Origin: the human T2T-CHM13v2.0 reference genome, Homo sapiens | DNA: 64,000 bases | Direction: 5' to 3' (one strand) | Assembly: GCF_009914755.1 (NCBI RefSeq) | Contig: NC_060936.1 | Shown here: in pieces, positions 28,061-43,400 of the stretch | How the letters are laid out: every line of letters begins with the position of its first letter | Numbering within the stretch: position 1 is the first letter of the stretch | Position numbers and translations under genes: made by a program | Notes under the pieces: generated by a model | What the model was told of the DNA's origin: nothing | Database searches by the model: none | Seen by the model: only the letters and a program-made list of their open reading frames with translations

Positions 28061-31000
28061 CCAGCACAGCTCAATCATGCCATAAGAGGAGCCATTGATA
28101 CTGCACCTGTCATATTAAACATCCGCCCCTTGGAAAAGGCTGTTCAGAACTGTAAAAATGTTTTAACCTGAGTCACCTACAAAAGGACATAGTTATTGCT
28201 GACACAATATTTTTTAGCAATACTCTCTTCCCTCACACATACATGCACACAAAGGCCTTTCTTCCTTTTTAAGAACTTTAAATATATATTATTTAATTGA
28301 GGAAAAACTCAGGGTCAGGGGAAATTTTAGAGTTTTACTTTAAATCACTTGAGCTGGTATAGAAAACTCATGACAGCATACAATTTAAACAACCCACCAG
28401 CTATCACCAAGCAAGAAATTAGCAGAGCTGGGATATGAATCCATGTCTCTCAGATATCAAAGCCCTTACATGTGTTTAATAATGCTACATAGATCTCTAA
28501 GTGTGAACTAGTTACATAGTGTCTCTTAAATTTCAGTATGCTTACTTCATAAGACTGTTATATAAATGGAAATGGATTTAATAACCCCTACATAAATGAT
28601 TCAAATATATAGCAACATAAAGCACAGTAGCATCACTATCCTGTTTGATTTTCCTTTTATCATCATTTTAATGATCAATTATCCATTCACAATTGATAGT
28701 TCAGCTTATAATGATAATGATGACGATGGTTAGGATAATGGAGTTATAAAAGGGGGGAAAAAGAGAAGGCAGAGGGAAGGAAAAGACAATACCTTTCTTT
28801 GTTTTCCATTACTTTTACAAGAATCAAAGTGTATTTTTTAATAAGGCATAAATAGAGGCTGTAAATGAGGAATCCAAATGTCAAATGAAAAATAATTATG
28901 TCCCTGTGCCCCCTAATAATTAATGTTGTGATTTACTGATTTTAATAAAAATAAGAATTTGCATATTGTTGCCTTTTCTGGTGATTCTGTTTATTGTTCC
29001 CAGTCCTTCACTGTGACAAGGGTCACTAACAAGAGTTAATATACTCTGTCTGAAAAATTTCTCTCTGCTATTATAATGATATGTAATAAGATAGTACTAG
29101 AGATTTTTTTTTCAGTCTACTTCTGCAGAAGAAATATTTCTTACTTAAGAATAGTTTGCCATTGGTTGTTAAATAATTTCTGTCTCAAAAATTATTCTGC
29201 AGCTTAAGCTGGCCACAACTTATAAATCTAATAAATAAATATTTATGGGATGATCTCTGCTTACTTTTGGAAATAAAGTTTGAGTGGATGAGTAAATTGG
29301 ATGAAAGATTTTTTTGCCCTTATCTATCCTTCGAGAGTAATTGGTTCAACTATTTCTAAAATGCATGTTTCATTTACCTCCATTTCGATAATTACCTTTT
29401 TACCTTCCACGATATAGAAAACCAGTTTAAATAGATACAGTCTAGCACTTATGTGACAGAATCCTAATTGCACCCAAGAGCATATTGAAGTTTCAGGTTT
29501 TCTGAGCAGCATTAATGCCACTTATCTTTAGAGTGCACTATTCTTTACAAGAACAAGCATCTTCCAGCAGTTACGAATGGATTATGTATAGTAATAGTTC
29601 TGTCTTTAAAATGGAAAATAGGGATGAAAACTGTTGGCATATCTAGAAGCCTCTCTGTCTTTAATGTATCTCAGTGATAATAAGACTTTTATTCTCACTT
29701 AACCAATATAAGAATCCATTAGAGTATAAATGTATATGCTGTGACGCTGTGGACTTCTTTATATAATTACTGTTTCTGAAGATTTTAGATAAATTACAAA
29801 TTATATAACCATGCCATAATGTACACATGGGCAACAAGAGACCTAGCCAATGAGAATTTGCCTGGTACCTTTAGCAGTGCATGTAAAGTGTCACTTAGCT
29901 GTCCATCCACATCAGAAACAAGGTTCTAAAAATCAATTATTGATTCATGACTATCACATTCAGATGCCCATCAAAAATCGCACGAAGATTTTCCTCAGCT
30001 AGGTGCTTTATAGTGAAAAAAATAATTGAAAATTATTGAACTGTTTCATAGAATAAAAGCATAATTTGAAAAAGAGTTAACTGCATAATAACATATGAAA
30101 CACTACAAATAATCTCCAATGTGCTTCTTACATTAACTTCCAAACTTTCACATTGGGCAACTGAGGAAATAATCAGATGTGACTGAGGAAAAGGTCCCTA
30201 GCACTGTTCCATTTATGTCTTTTTCTCCAATTTATGTCTTGGTTTTCTTCTGCAAGAATTTATTACAAATTGCAATGTATTTTCTGATTCTGTCTGTAAT
30301 AGGTCAATGTTTAGAACTTAGTGTCAGTCTACATTACTGTTGTAAGTTTCACTTTCTCTGTCTTTATACAACCAATATAAAATAGGTTATTTTCTTTTAA
30401 TTCACTGCATACTGTACGCTTACTTCCTTTTTTGCTCCCCCCCACACCCCCACCCCCACTTCTCTTTCTGTGACACTATGAAGGGTTATGGGAACTTCTG
30501 GCTTTATTGGCAACTCCCAAGTTGAATCTGACTTCTAAAGCATACCACATGACGCAGAAGTCAAGGACTCCAAAATGTTCTCTATATGTAACATCTGCTA
30601 ACTCCCACATCACCAAAATACTGCTCATTCTTCATATTCAGGGTCTTTCCAGTATATTACATCACGCGTATTTTGTGTACACTATAGACATGAGAAAGAT
30701 ACAGTAACCAATTGAATGCTTCTGTATTTACAGGCCTCTTTCCTGTGCCTTTATCAGGGTAAATGACAAAGTAAAATAGTAAGTACCCATCTATGAATAA
30801 CATAGTCTAGTTCTGGTTCATTTACTTGGAGATAGAACAAAACTGGAACATGTTGAAGAAATCCTTAGTGTCTAATAAGGGATTTTGAAGTCTCAGGTTA
30901 GCTCTGTAAAATAATCTATGGACCATTTAATTTCCAATTTAAGGAGTTGCAAAGCATTGTCCACAGTAACTGGCTTTAACTTGAAACCAAACGCGATCAG

Positions 31001-31281
31001 TGGAATAAGGCAAGTTTGCCTTTAGGCTTGCTCAACTGCATTTTGGAAACAGATTTGGGTGATGTGAGAAAGATGTACTCAAAAGAAAATTTAAGTGGAT
31101 AGAAGCTTAAAAAAACCCAAAGGGTCAAAATATGCAAATGACTATATTCTAATGACTTTAGTAAAGGGATAAGAGAATTCTAGAAGACATAAAATAGATA
31201 TGACAATGGATGCAACTCTAATTAAAAGTCTGAGGAAGGACTTGCACACCTCCAGTGAGTCAGAGCAGCCACCTCTCCGGT

Positions 31282-31354
31282 GGTTCCATGGTGTAATGGT
31301 AAGCACCCTGGACTCTGAATCCAGCAACCAGAGTTCCAGTCTCAGCGTGGACCT
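31282..31354 (+). tRNA. TRQ-CTG10-1: tRNA-Gln (anticodon CTG), degenerate / probable pseudogene
   Basis: GGTTCCATGGTGTAATGGTAAGCAC-CCTGGA-CTCTGAA-TCCAG matches the vertebrate Gln-CTG tRNA, anticodon CTG at 31315-31317. D arm and anticodon arm are intact. The T stem has an A-A mismatch, the B box reads GTTCCAG and the acceptor 3' strand is disrupted (CGTGGACC). The symbol is from recall of this sequence, not verified. Confidence 0.9.
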
Positions 31355-32167
31355 TTACCTGAAGTCCAAATAAAATCTCTTGCTTTGGAAGCCCAAAAAG
31401 GCAAACTTTGGGGTGGAAAGGGAGTGCCTCTGACAATACAAATTATGTACGACTATAATTTTTTAAAGTTGTATTGTTTCTCACAGACTATAGAAATCTC
31501 GAAATGTGAGATGCTAAAAAGAAATAATTTGTAATCAGTACTTTCAAATAAATTAAATATAACTTTATTAAATAGTATCATTAGAGTAATAAAGCATAAT
31601 AAAATGAATCTGAGGGAGGCTAATGAGAACAAATTCTGCCATTTTTATTAGGCAATACCTTCAAGTCAAGTTGAAAGATAACTTTTTTTTGGCTTCAAAA
31701 ATATTAAAAGCATATAAGTTTGCTATTAGTAATTTGTTAGTAATTATTTATTAATAAATATCTTATGAATATTATTTGCAATATTATTAGTGTATCTTTA
31801 AAATACTTTTAAAGTGACATTTTTCTCATTGAAATCCATTGCAAGTAAAATATGTATTTAGTTAACAAAATCATTAAGTTTAATTTTTATATAGATTTTA
31901 TCACAATATTTTCAACTACCTGACAATACATGAGAAATATTATTACTTCTCATTTGTCCAGGGGAAAGCCACTTCACACAATAGCTTAGAGTAAGGTAAA
32001 CTTAGTGTAAGTCTTGATAGAATTGCTAGCAAAGGAAAACAGTACGTCAACTGAAAATGGAGTGAGCATCCTGTTTTAGAAGCAGCTGGCACAATGGACT
32101 TTTGCTGAACAATTTGAGATTAAATGGGAATTTACTCAAACATTAAGACATTAAAAAATATACATGT

Positions 32168-32548
<381 letters not shown>

Positions 32549-32559
32549 TCAGGCAATCC

Positions 32560-32765
32560 CTTTAACCAGACTGCCTGGTTTGAATCCAGGTTCCACCACT
32601 TAACTGCTGTGTGTATCAGGAAAAAAATCACTAAGCATTTCTGTGCCTCAGTTTCCTTGCCTGTTAAATGGGAGTGATATAATTGACTACTTTGTTGACT
32701 TGTTGCTAGGAAAGAATATGTTAATATATTTAAAGCATGAATAAAAATGTCTGCTACATAGTATG
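32560..32765 (+). mobile_element. MIR SINE
   Basis: ccagactgcctggtttgaatcc...ccaccactta.ctgctgtgtg...ctgtgcctcagtttcct..ctgt.aaatggga. Confidence 0.8.
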
Positions 32766-33922
32766 CAAAAAGGATTTATGCTACACAGGACTTCTCTCTG
32801 GCAGTGTTCATTTTAAGAAAATAAGAACAATTTTTGCTATTTCAGGCATGAAAATATTTACTAGAGAAAATCAGGCATTTATAATTTTGTTAGAAAAGCT
32901 GGGAGTGTGAAAATAGAGGTGGTGTCACAGAAAATTTTGCTTGAATGGTCAAGAACGTGTTTCTGTCATCCAGAATTCAGGGATGTTCAAGAATCTGCTG
33001 TCAGAGTCATAGCTGATCATCAGTTTTGCAGTTAGTGACTAAAAATCAAACTTAGAGTCTGGTTAGCCATTACAAAAACTTTTGTCAGCTAAAGCCTGCA
33101 ATAGCATTATCCACTGCTGTTGCTAGAGAAAGAATGACCTCTGATTTATTTTTGTGTTCCAAATCTTCTGTTAGTGCAAGGCATTGGCAGAAGGTAAATT
33201 GAGTCCAGAACACTAAAGGCAAGTAAATCCAGAAAAGATAGCTTTTTTGTCTTCTAGCCCCAGTGACGTTCAGACAGGCTTACAAACAAGGGAGTGAAAA
33301 TAATGTATACAGATTTTCAATAAAAACATCCAGCCCAGGCCCTTACCCTGTTCTTTGTCAACTAATTTGAGAACTCTCTGAGAAAAAGAAAGCTCCAAAG
33401 TGAAAGAAAAAATCTCTATGAAACTTTGGGCCAAAATGTAAAAAAGAAAAATCACTTAATGCTCCTTGAAATTAACCATATTCTTTATCTGTGTCCCCAT
33501 CTAAATTCTACATTCTAAAATCCATATATTTGGATCTCTTAAGGGCAGATATTTTATCGGGAGTCACCTATGCCTCAAGTTTTATGCATAAGACAGATGA
33601 ACACTTGTGAAATAAAGGAATCATAATCAAAACATACAAAAAAGGTGCATTTGATTAGTAGAAACCCATTACACATTCTTCAAAAGTAAAGAAGCTGAGG
33701 TCAATGGTGAAATCAATGGAAATGTTGAGAAATGCCTTACCCCTGTTCCCTTCAAACAGCATGAAATGAGCTAAAAATAAAAGATTGTCTAAAAGTAGCA
33801 TAAAACTTACTGGATTTTAAAGAAACTGGATCACAGTGGAGATCCTGTTAGGATATTATCTGACCTATATCTTTCTTTAAAAATTACAATCAGGATCTGT
33901 TTTTGAAGATGAGTGGAGAGTC

Positions 33923-34483
33923 TGTCTTGTGTTTTTCAGAGAGCGAGAGATCCAACAGAATACACATAGATAGAATAGACACACATATGAGAGGGGCTTT
34001 ATTAAGGAATTGACTCAAGTGATTGTGGAGGTTGAGAAGTCCCACAGCTGGCCATCTGCAAGCTGGAGACCCAGAGAAGTCAGTTGCTTAGCTAAGTCTG
34101 AAAGTCTCAGAACCAAGAAAGCTAAGGGTTTAACTCTCAGTTTTAAGCTGAAGGCCTGAGAATCTGAGGGCCTGCTTGTGCAAATTCAACAATTCAAATA
34201 CTTCAGAACCTGGAGTTCTAATGTTCAACGGCAGGAGAAGAAGAGTTCTCCAGCTCCACTAGAGAGAGCAAATTCACCTTTCCTCTGCCTTTTTGTTCTA
34301 GCTGAGCTGTCAGCTGATTAGATGATGCCTGACGACGTTGAGGACAGATCTTCTTTACTCAGCTCACCGATTTAAATGCCAATGTCTTCTAGAAACACCC
34401 TCACAGATCTATCCAGATATAATGCTTTACTCATTAACTATTTCTTGATCCAGTCAAGTTGACACCTAAAATTAGCCATCACA
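33923..34483 (-). mobile_element. MLT2B-like ERVL solo LTR
   Basis: gagaagtccca....ggccatctgcaagctggagacccaga, gaaacaccctcacaga, ccagtcaagttgacacctaaaattagccatcaca terminus. Confidence 0.88.
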
Positions 34484-35571
34484 GTCTGTGTTCACATTTT
34501 TAACAGATCTCAAATTTATGCTTATGATTTCTAATTAACACAGTCAATGTAGCATGTGTCTGTGTTTGTATGCATGTAAAATATGTAAACATATTATTAA
34601 AAGAAAGAATTTCTTTTGTAAGAAAATATCTTTTTAATCCTAAATTGTCATTTCTCTTTTTTTAAGTATATAAAAATTTTCTAAAAATATAAAGGAGCCT
34701 GGCTCTTTTTTGACCTAAGAGTCTTGGTTAGTGTCATGAACAACCTTCTTTCTGGTGACTTTGGTCACAACTAGTTTGGCTCTTGGCCTTGTTTTGCTGC
34801 CATTAAAATACATTATGTAATGATGAGGCTTCCTTACTCTACATATTTGAAGCTTGAGAATCCTTCAAGGTCTTTCAATAAGTCTATAAATATATGCCAT
34901 CAGGTCATTCAAGTTTGAACTTCATTTTGTGATGATATTGACACTGAGCCCAAACTTGGTATGTGTGGAGGGATGTGGATGGGGGGTGTGGGAGGGCAGT
35001 GCTAAGATATCCAAAACTTGATTGTTGTCAATATTGAATATTGATATTGGATATTATAAAGCCTAGTAAGATAAATTAGCATTTGTTGAGCATCTGCTTT
35101 TTGTAGGGACAATGGTTCTTAAATAGAATGTTAAATATCTTATGTGAAGGCATCAAATAGAAATAGAATAAATCTGTGTTGTTCCGGGTGAAATGCTGAA
35201 GATGGACCCATCTTCCTTTTCTCCCCTTGCTCCTGCCCCTTGCCTCTTTTTTAACACAGCTGGGCCTCCCAGATAGCATAGTTTCAATATAATTATTGCT
35301 GAAATTTTACCAAGTATTCCATTTTCAGTTTTAATTCCTAATACATACAAATCTACAGTTAGAAACTTGCCAACATCCTTAATATCCATGAGACAGTTGA
35401 GTACAATCTTTGAATCTCAACACTGTGCCTTCAAACAGTTCTTTGCTGAAAGACTAACAAAGAAAAAAAAATCTGTTTTCAGGGTTTTCTTAAAAAGCTT
35501 TTATGGTAGAAGGAGCAATTCTTACCATTTAGTAAATTTATTTTATAAAAACTTAATTAAAAATAAACCTT

Positions 35572-36247
<676 letters not shown>

Positions 36248-36473
36248 CTAAAAAAGAGATACATCTATAATACATGAGAAGAAAACCACAAAAGTTTTTA
36301 AAAGGTATTAAAAAATGTGAAGAAATGCCAAATGTCTAAAAGAGAATGTTAAATTATTTAAAGAAATAACTCTTGAAGAATTAATATTCTATAAATGTGA
36401 ATCAAAATTCATACAGTATTTCTGAAAAGGAAGAAAAATATTACACTATTTAAAAGCTGCTAAAATAGCATTA

Positions 36474-36804
36474 CAGGTTGCGTATTCCTTATTTGAAATG
36501 TTTGAGACCAAAAGTGTTTCAAATTTGTTTTTTTTTTATTTGGAGATTTTTTTATATACACAATGAAATATTTTGGGGATAGGATTCAAGCCTAAACATG
36601 AGTTTCATTTATGTTTCATATACTCCTTATGCACATAGCCTGAAGGTAATTTTATTTTTCTCTGAGGGATTCTGAATAAACTGTGTCATGCATCTGTGTT
36701 TTGACTGTGATATGAGCTCAGCCCTGAAATTTTCCACTTATGGAATAATGTCAGTGCTCAAATTTTCATATTTTGGAACATTTCAGATTAAGGATTTTCA
36801 ACCT
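36474..36804 (+). mobile_element. Tigger4/MER46-type DNA transposon (Tigger4b-like)
   Basis: TA + caggttg.gtat.ccttat..gaaatg.ttg.gacca.aagtgtttc start; inverted end ..ttcagattaagga..ttcaacct. Confidence 0.85.
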
Positions 36805-38188
36805 AATCATGGTTAACATTGTGAATATTAAACCATATTATAACCACTAATAATGAAGAAAGTGTAAGACTAATAAATAGAAGTGTCACAAAAATGAAAT
36901 GTGACAACTGACAAAGGAAACCTCACATGTCATTGTGATGATAAAGAGAAACATACATGTGTTAGGAGACCAGTTAAGATAAAGAAAAATAAATGTAACT
37001 TGCACTCTTCAAATAATTTCCATAGAGATAAAAGAATTAAATGTAAAAGTACACACTAAAATTAGAAGCTAATGTATTATTGATTTTTAAATGTTAAAGG
37101 ATGGATAGTTTTCTAATATTAAAACAAAAAAATCTGAGCATTAAAAACCCCTGTACTTAAAAAATAAAAGGCAGCAAAATGGATGTTGCTTGCAATGACT
37201 ATGAATTTGAGTTTATTATTTCTATTGTAAAATATTTATATAAATTATTAAGAAACATAAACTCATATTTACTGTAAATAAAAATGATCAAACTCATTAA
37301 CAAGCAAAAAAGTAAATATTTTACATTAGAATATTATTTTTGGTAATTAACTTAGCAAAATATATTGTTAAGTGAAAATACACAGTATTGATGCATGAAT
37401 CACATATTTCAGGTAGATAGAAATACTGGAACAACTACTGAGTAAATATTTGGCAATTTATGTAAAAAATTATAAAATATTCAAATTTAATATGTCAATT
37501 TCTAGGTGCTGCATCCTAAAGAAATAACACAAAAATCTTACAAAAATTATAAATAATATTCACTACTGTTTTTAAAATGTTATTAATGTTGAATATATTT
37601 TCTTCAACTTACTAAATTATAATATTAAATTAATTAAAACTATATATTATGGGTTTTATAAAAATGTATTGAGCACACACTATAAAAGAGGCAATAATAT
37701 AATACTAATGTAAGTTATAAAACATGATAGAATAAACAGCTGTTAACTCACTATCTGCATGTTCATATTTCTATGCTTTCTTTCCCTACAGATAATTTCT
37801 TCCTGAATTTTATCTTTATCACTATAAAACATAAGCATTCCTAAACAAAGTACTGTTTTGCATATGTGTGTGAGCTTCATAAATATGCAGCTTAATGTAA
37901 ATAATTATCCATTATTTTCTTCTTTCTTCTATTTTCCCTTCATGTTCCAGGTTGTTTTCTTGCAGTTATCATATGTAGAAGATTGATCTGTGTTTTAATG
38001 TGTAGCTGCATAATAGTTTTGTAGAACTGTTCAATAGTCTGCCTCTCCATTTTCCTGTGAAAGCACATGCGGGTGTGCTATCTTCTAGTCTTCTAGTACA
38101 GAAGTACATAAACTCTCTAGTATATAACTAGTAGTAAACTTGTTAAGTAATGGAGTGTCCGTGTTTTCAGCTATAAATAAAGTACCAA

Positions 38189-38340
38189 TAGTTTTAGCTT
38201 TACAAGATGAAAAGTTATGGAGATGGATGGTGGTAATGGGTGCACAACACTATGAATGTACTTAATACCACTGAATTCTACAATTAAAAATGATTATGAT
38301 GGTAAAGTATATGTTATATGTATTTTACTAAAATAAAAAC
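38189..38340 (+). mobile_element. L1MB 3' terminus
   Basis: caagatgaaaagtt.tggagatggatggtggt.atgg.tgcacaaca.tatgaatgtacttaat.ccactgaa. Confidence 0.85.
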
Positions 38341-39539
38341 ATTAGGAAATAAGCACTGATTTGTTTATTAAAGCTATTGTACCAATATGCTCCAACCAAA
38401 ATAGTAAGCATTCCAATTGCCCCACTGATACACATTCTCTTCAATATGTGGTAACTTCAGTTATGATTTTTGCTGACAGAGTGAGAGTAAGCTTGTATCT
38501 GATTGAGTTCTTAACTTGTATTTCACTAATTACTGAAAATGTTTAACATCTTTTCATATGTTTATTTGATATTTGACCTTTCTCTTCTGTAAAATGACCA
38601 TTTATTTTGCTCAGTTTTCTATCAGATTTGCCTTTACAAATTTACCTTTATAGAAATATATATATATAAACATACACGCACATACATAAAGTCTTAAAAT
38701 GTTTAGAATACACTTATTCCTTTACAGTTATATATATGCAAAATACCTTCTCTGAGAAAGTGGCTTTTATTGTACTTTCTTTATGGTGCCTTTGATTAAT
38801 AAACATTTTTAATTTTGAGATAGTAGAATTTATCAATTTTTTTTATGTTTTGCAAAATGCATGTCCTATCTAAAAAAGCATTTCTAATCCTAGATTATAA
38901 ATATATTATCTGATAAATCATTCAAAATATTTTAAAATGCTACCATTCTAAAGGCAACAGAAATTGATAGACATTGTAAATTAGGAATCTATTTAGTATG
39001 TCTTTTTTCCATATGGATAACCATTTGTATCAAACACTTTATGAATAATTTACCATTTTTTAGTGACCTGCAAAGACACCTCTGTCATACATAAAATTTT
39101 TATATAAAAATTATAAAGAAACTATAGAAAAGCTACCTACAACTATATAAAAATTATAGTTTATTTCTGGGCTCTCTATCTTTTCTTACTTTTTTTATTT
39201 CAAGTTATTTGATTCTTTATTTGCTAAAGTTTTTACCAAATCTCAGTATCTGTTAGAAAATATTTCCTGCCTATGTTCATCCTCTTCAGAAAGGCCCTGG
39301 CTATTCTTGGCCAAGAGCAGTCAATAGTCACTGGTGCCATCTATTCTTTTTCTTTATAAACCTAACAATATTTTTAGTCATTTTATTGATTTTGCCAAAG
39401 AAATCAACTTTTGGAATTATTAGTTTTTTCACATTTTTGAGGAGCAATTATACGACTTTTAACATCATTATATAAATGTTCAACTAATTATATTTAGTCT
39501 TAAAAAATAATTTTTAATACAAGTTCAGAACAATTAAGC

Positions 39540-39740
39540 TACAATTCCAACACCAAAATGCTTTGAAACTAAAGATTTTCATAACTCATTTGGTGAGGAA
39601 ATCTTGCCTGAACTGAAGTGAGGTTATCTAAAGTCTTAATTTATACTAATGTAATACTTATGTTTACATGCAGAAATATTAGTGTGTTTAATATAAGATG
39701 TCTCCCTGTATCCTTCTGGATGCATTATAATATATATCTT
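39540..39740. mobile_element. MER46C-like DNA transposon fragment
   Basis: ttcataactcatttgg...cctgaactga..tgagg.tat...tgcagaaatatta.tgtgttt. Confidence 0.55.
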
Positions 39741-40427
39741 GTAGGCTGAAAACTTCCATATGTACTTATTAAAAAAAAGAACTGATGATTGATGGATCCA
39801 TCTTTCATAAATAAAAACAGATAAAAAGATTAATCCCAAGAAAAGTAGAAAGAAGATAAAATGAGAATGGCAGAAATTTAATAAAATGGACAGCAAGCCC
39901 AAAATTAGTTCTTTGAAAAAGACAACAAAAATGATAAACTTGTATAAGATTCATATGAAAAATAAAATAGAAAAAAATTAGCATACTAGAACAGAGAAAA
40001 AGTTGGCACACTCTATATCCTGTAGACACTAAAAAGATAAAAGGATATTATGAACAACTTTGTAACAATAAATTTTAAAGCAGTAAAATCTCAGAAAAGC
40101 ACGACTTAATAAAATGCTCAGGAGAAATTGGGGAAATATTGTGGTTTCATAACTATTTAGAAATCAAATCAGCAATATAATAACTTTTCAGAGATGCCTT
40201 CTGTTTCTACCCTCTTTTCCCTGAAACAACCAAAATACTGGAAAAAAAATATATGAAACAATAGTTTTTCAAGAGACTGGACATCAGATAGCGATTCAGC
40301 AAAATGGGAGAGGAGGTGAAAGAAGTTGAGCTCTTTATTGCTCCAAGTTAATGCCTTGAGAGAGTCCAGTGCTGTGAAGCAGAGCAGGGAAACCCAGACA
40401 AAGCAAACCTGAATTAAAGAGGTAGAC

Positions 40428-43400
40428 CTCTGTTAGCTCAGGGGTTTGTTTGCTCTAGGTCCTCTAGTTCTTTGAATTGTAATGTTAGGGTGTCAATTTG
40501 AGATCTTTTCAGCTTTTTGATGTGGGCATTTAGAGCTATAAATTTCCCTCTTAACACTGTTTTAGCCGCGTCCCAGAGATTCTGATATGTTGTCTCTGTG
40601 TTCTCATTGATTTCAAAGAACTTCTTGATTTCTGCCTTAATTTCACTATTTACTCAGAAGTCATTCAGGTGCTGGTTGTTCAATTTACATGTAGTTGTGT
40701 GGTTTTTAGTGGGCTTTTTAACCTTGAGATCTTATTTGATTGTGCTGTGGTCTGTGAGACTGTTTTGTTATGATTTCAGTTCTTTTTCATTTACTGATGA
40801 GTGTTTTGCTCCCAACTGTGTGACCAACTTTAGAGTAAGTGCCACATGGTTCCGAAAAAAATGTATATTCTGTTGTTTTGGGGTGGAGAGTTCTGTTGAT
40901 ATCTATCAGGTTTACTTGGTCTGCAGCTGAGTTCAAGTCCTGAATATCTTTGTTAATTTTCTGCCTTTATGATCTGTCCAATACTGACAGTGGGGTATTA
41001 AAGTCTTCTGCTATTATTGTGTAGGGGTCTAAGCCTCTTTGTAGGTCTCTAAAAACTTGTTTTATGTGTCTGGGTGCTCCTGAATTGGGTGCATATATAT
41101 TTGGGATAGTTTGCTCTTCTTGTTGAATTGAACCCTTTAACATTATGTAATGCCCTTCTTTGTCTTTTTTGACTTTTGTTGGTTTAACGTCTATTTTGTC
41201 CAAAACTAGGATTGAAACTGCTTTTTTTCTGCTTTCCATTTGCTTGGTAAATTTTCCTCCATCCCTTTATTTTGAGTCTATGTGTGTCTTTGCACATGAG
41301 CTGTGTCTCTTGAATACAGTACGCCAGTGGGTCTTGTCTTTGTATCCAGCTTGCCATTCTGTGTCTTTTAATTGGAGCATTTAGCCCATTTACATTTAAG
41401 TTTAATATTGTTATGTGTGAATTTTATCCTGTCATCATGATGCTGGCTGGTTAATTTTGCAGAGTTGTTAATGTAGTTGCTTTATAGTGTTGTTGGTCTG
41501 TGTACCTCTGTGTGTTTTTTAGTGGCTGGTAATGGTTTCTCCTATCTATGTTTAGTGCTTCCTTCAGGAGCTCTTGCAAGGCAGTTCTGGTGGTGATGAA
41601 ATCCCTCAGCATTTGCTTGTCTGAGAAAGATTTTATTTCTCCTTCACTTATGAAGCTTAGTTTGGCCAGATACGAAATTCTGCTTTGGAATTTCTTTTCT
41701 TCAAGAATGTTGACTATTGGCCCCCAAACTCTTCTGGCTTCTAGGGTTTCTGCTGAGAGGTCCAATGTTAGTCTGATGGGCTTCCCTTTATAGGTGACCT
41801 GACCTTTATCTGTGGCTGCCCTTCACATATTTTTCTTCATTTTGACCTTAGAGAATCTGATGATTATGTGTCTTCAGGTAGATCTTCTTGTGGAGTATCT
41901 TATTGAGGTTCTCTGGATTTCCTGAATTTGAATGTTGGCCTGACTTGCTAGGTTGGGGAAGTTCTCCTGAATGATATCCTGTCATGTGTTCTCCAACTTG
42001 GTTCCATTCTCCCCATCTCTTTCAGGTCTCCAATCAATGGTAGGTTCGGTCTTTTTACCTGGTCCCGTAGTTCTCGGAGGTTTTGTTCATTCTTTTTCAT
42101 TCTTTTTTCTCTAATCTAGTCTGCCTGCCTTATTTCATCAACATAGTCTTCAAGCTCTGATATTCTCTCTTCCGCTTGGTCAATTCGGCTATTGATACTT
42201 GTGTTTGCATCGTGAACGTCTTGTGCTGAATTTTTCTGCTCCATCAGGTCATTTATGTTCCTCTCTAAACTGGTTATTCTAGTTAACAGCTACTGTAATC
42301 TTTTATTATGGTTTTTAGCTTCTTTGCATTGGGTTACAACATAATCCTTTAGCTCAGCAAAATTTGTCATTACCCACTTTCTGACGCCTACTTCTGTCGG
42401 TTCATCCATTTCAGCTTCAGCCTGTTCTGTGCCCTTGCTGGAGATGTGTTGCAATCATTCGGAGGAGAAGAGCCATCTAGCTTTTGGGTTTTCAGCGTAT
42501 TTGTGTTGGTTTTTCTTCAACTTTGTGGATTTATCTACCTTTGATCTTTGAGGCTAATGACCTTTGGATGGGCTTTTTGTGGGATCTGTTTTTTGTTGCC
42601 ATTGCTGTTGTTGCTTTCTGTTTATTTTTCTTCTAACAGTCAGGCCTCTCTTCTGCAGGTCTGCTGGAGTTTGCTGGGGGTCCACTCCAGATCCTTTTGC
42701 CTAAGTATCACCTGTGGAGGCTGCAGAACAGCAAAGATTGCTGCCTGTTTCTTCCTCCGGTAGCTTCATCCCAGAAGAGCACTGACCTGATGCCAGCCAG
42801 AGGTCTCCTGTACGAGGTGTCTGGTGACCCCTGATGGGAGGTCTCACCCAATCAGGAGGCATGGGGTCAGAGACCTGCTTGAGGAGGCAGTCTGTCCCTT
42901 AGCAATGCTGTTGGCTGTGCTGGGGGAATCCCACTCATCAGGATCAGCCAATCTCTTCAGAGCTAGCAGGCAAGAAAGATTAAATTCACTGAACTTGAGA
43001 CTGGCCGCCCCTCTCCCCAGGTGCTCTGCCCCAGGGAGATGAGAGTTCTGTCTATAAACCCCTAACTGGAGGTGCTGGACTTCCTGCAGGGATGCCCTGC
43101 CCAGTGAGGAGGGATCTAAGGAAGCAGTCTGGCCACTATGTGCCACAGCCGATTTACTGCACTGTGGAGAATTTCACCCAGTCCAAACCTCTCAGGGTCC
43201 TTAGCACTGTCAAGGGAAAACCACCTATTAAAGCCACAGTAATGGTGGTCACCCCTACCCCGGGGAAGTCGGTCATCCCACACAGATTTCAGACTGTTGT
43301 GCTGGCAGTGGAAATTTCAAGCAAGAATTAATCAAGCTCAGAACGGAACTGAAGAAGATAGAGACAAGAAAAGCCCTTCGAAAAATCAACAAATCCAAGA

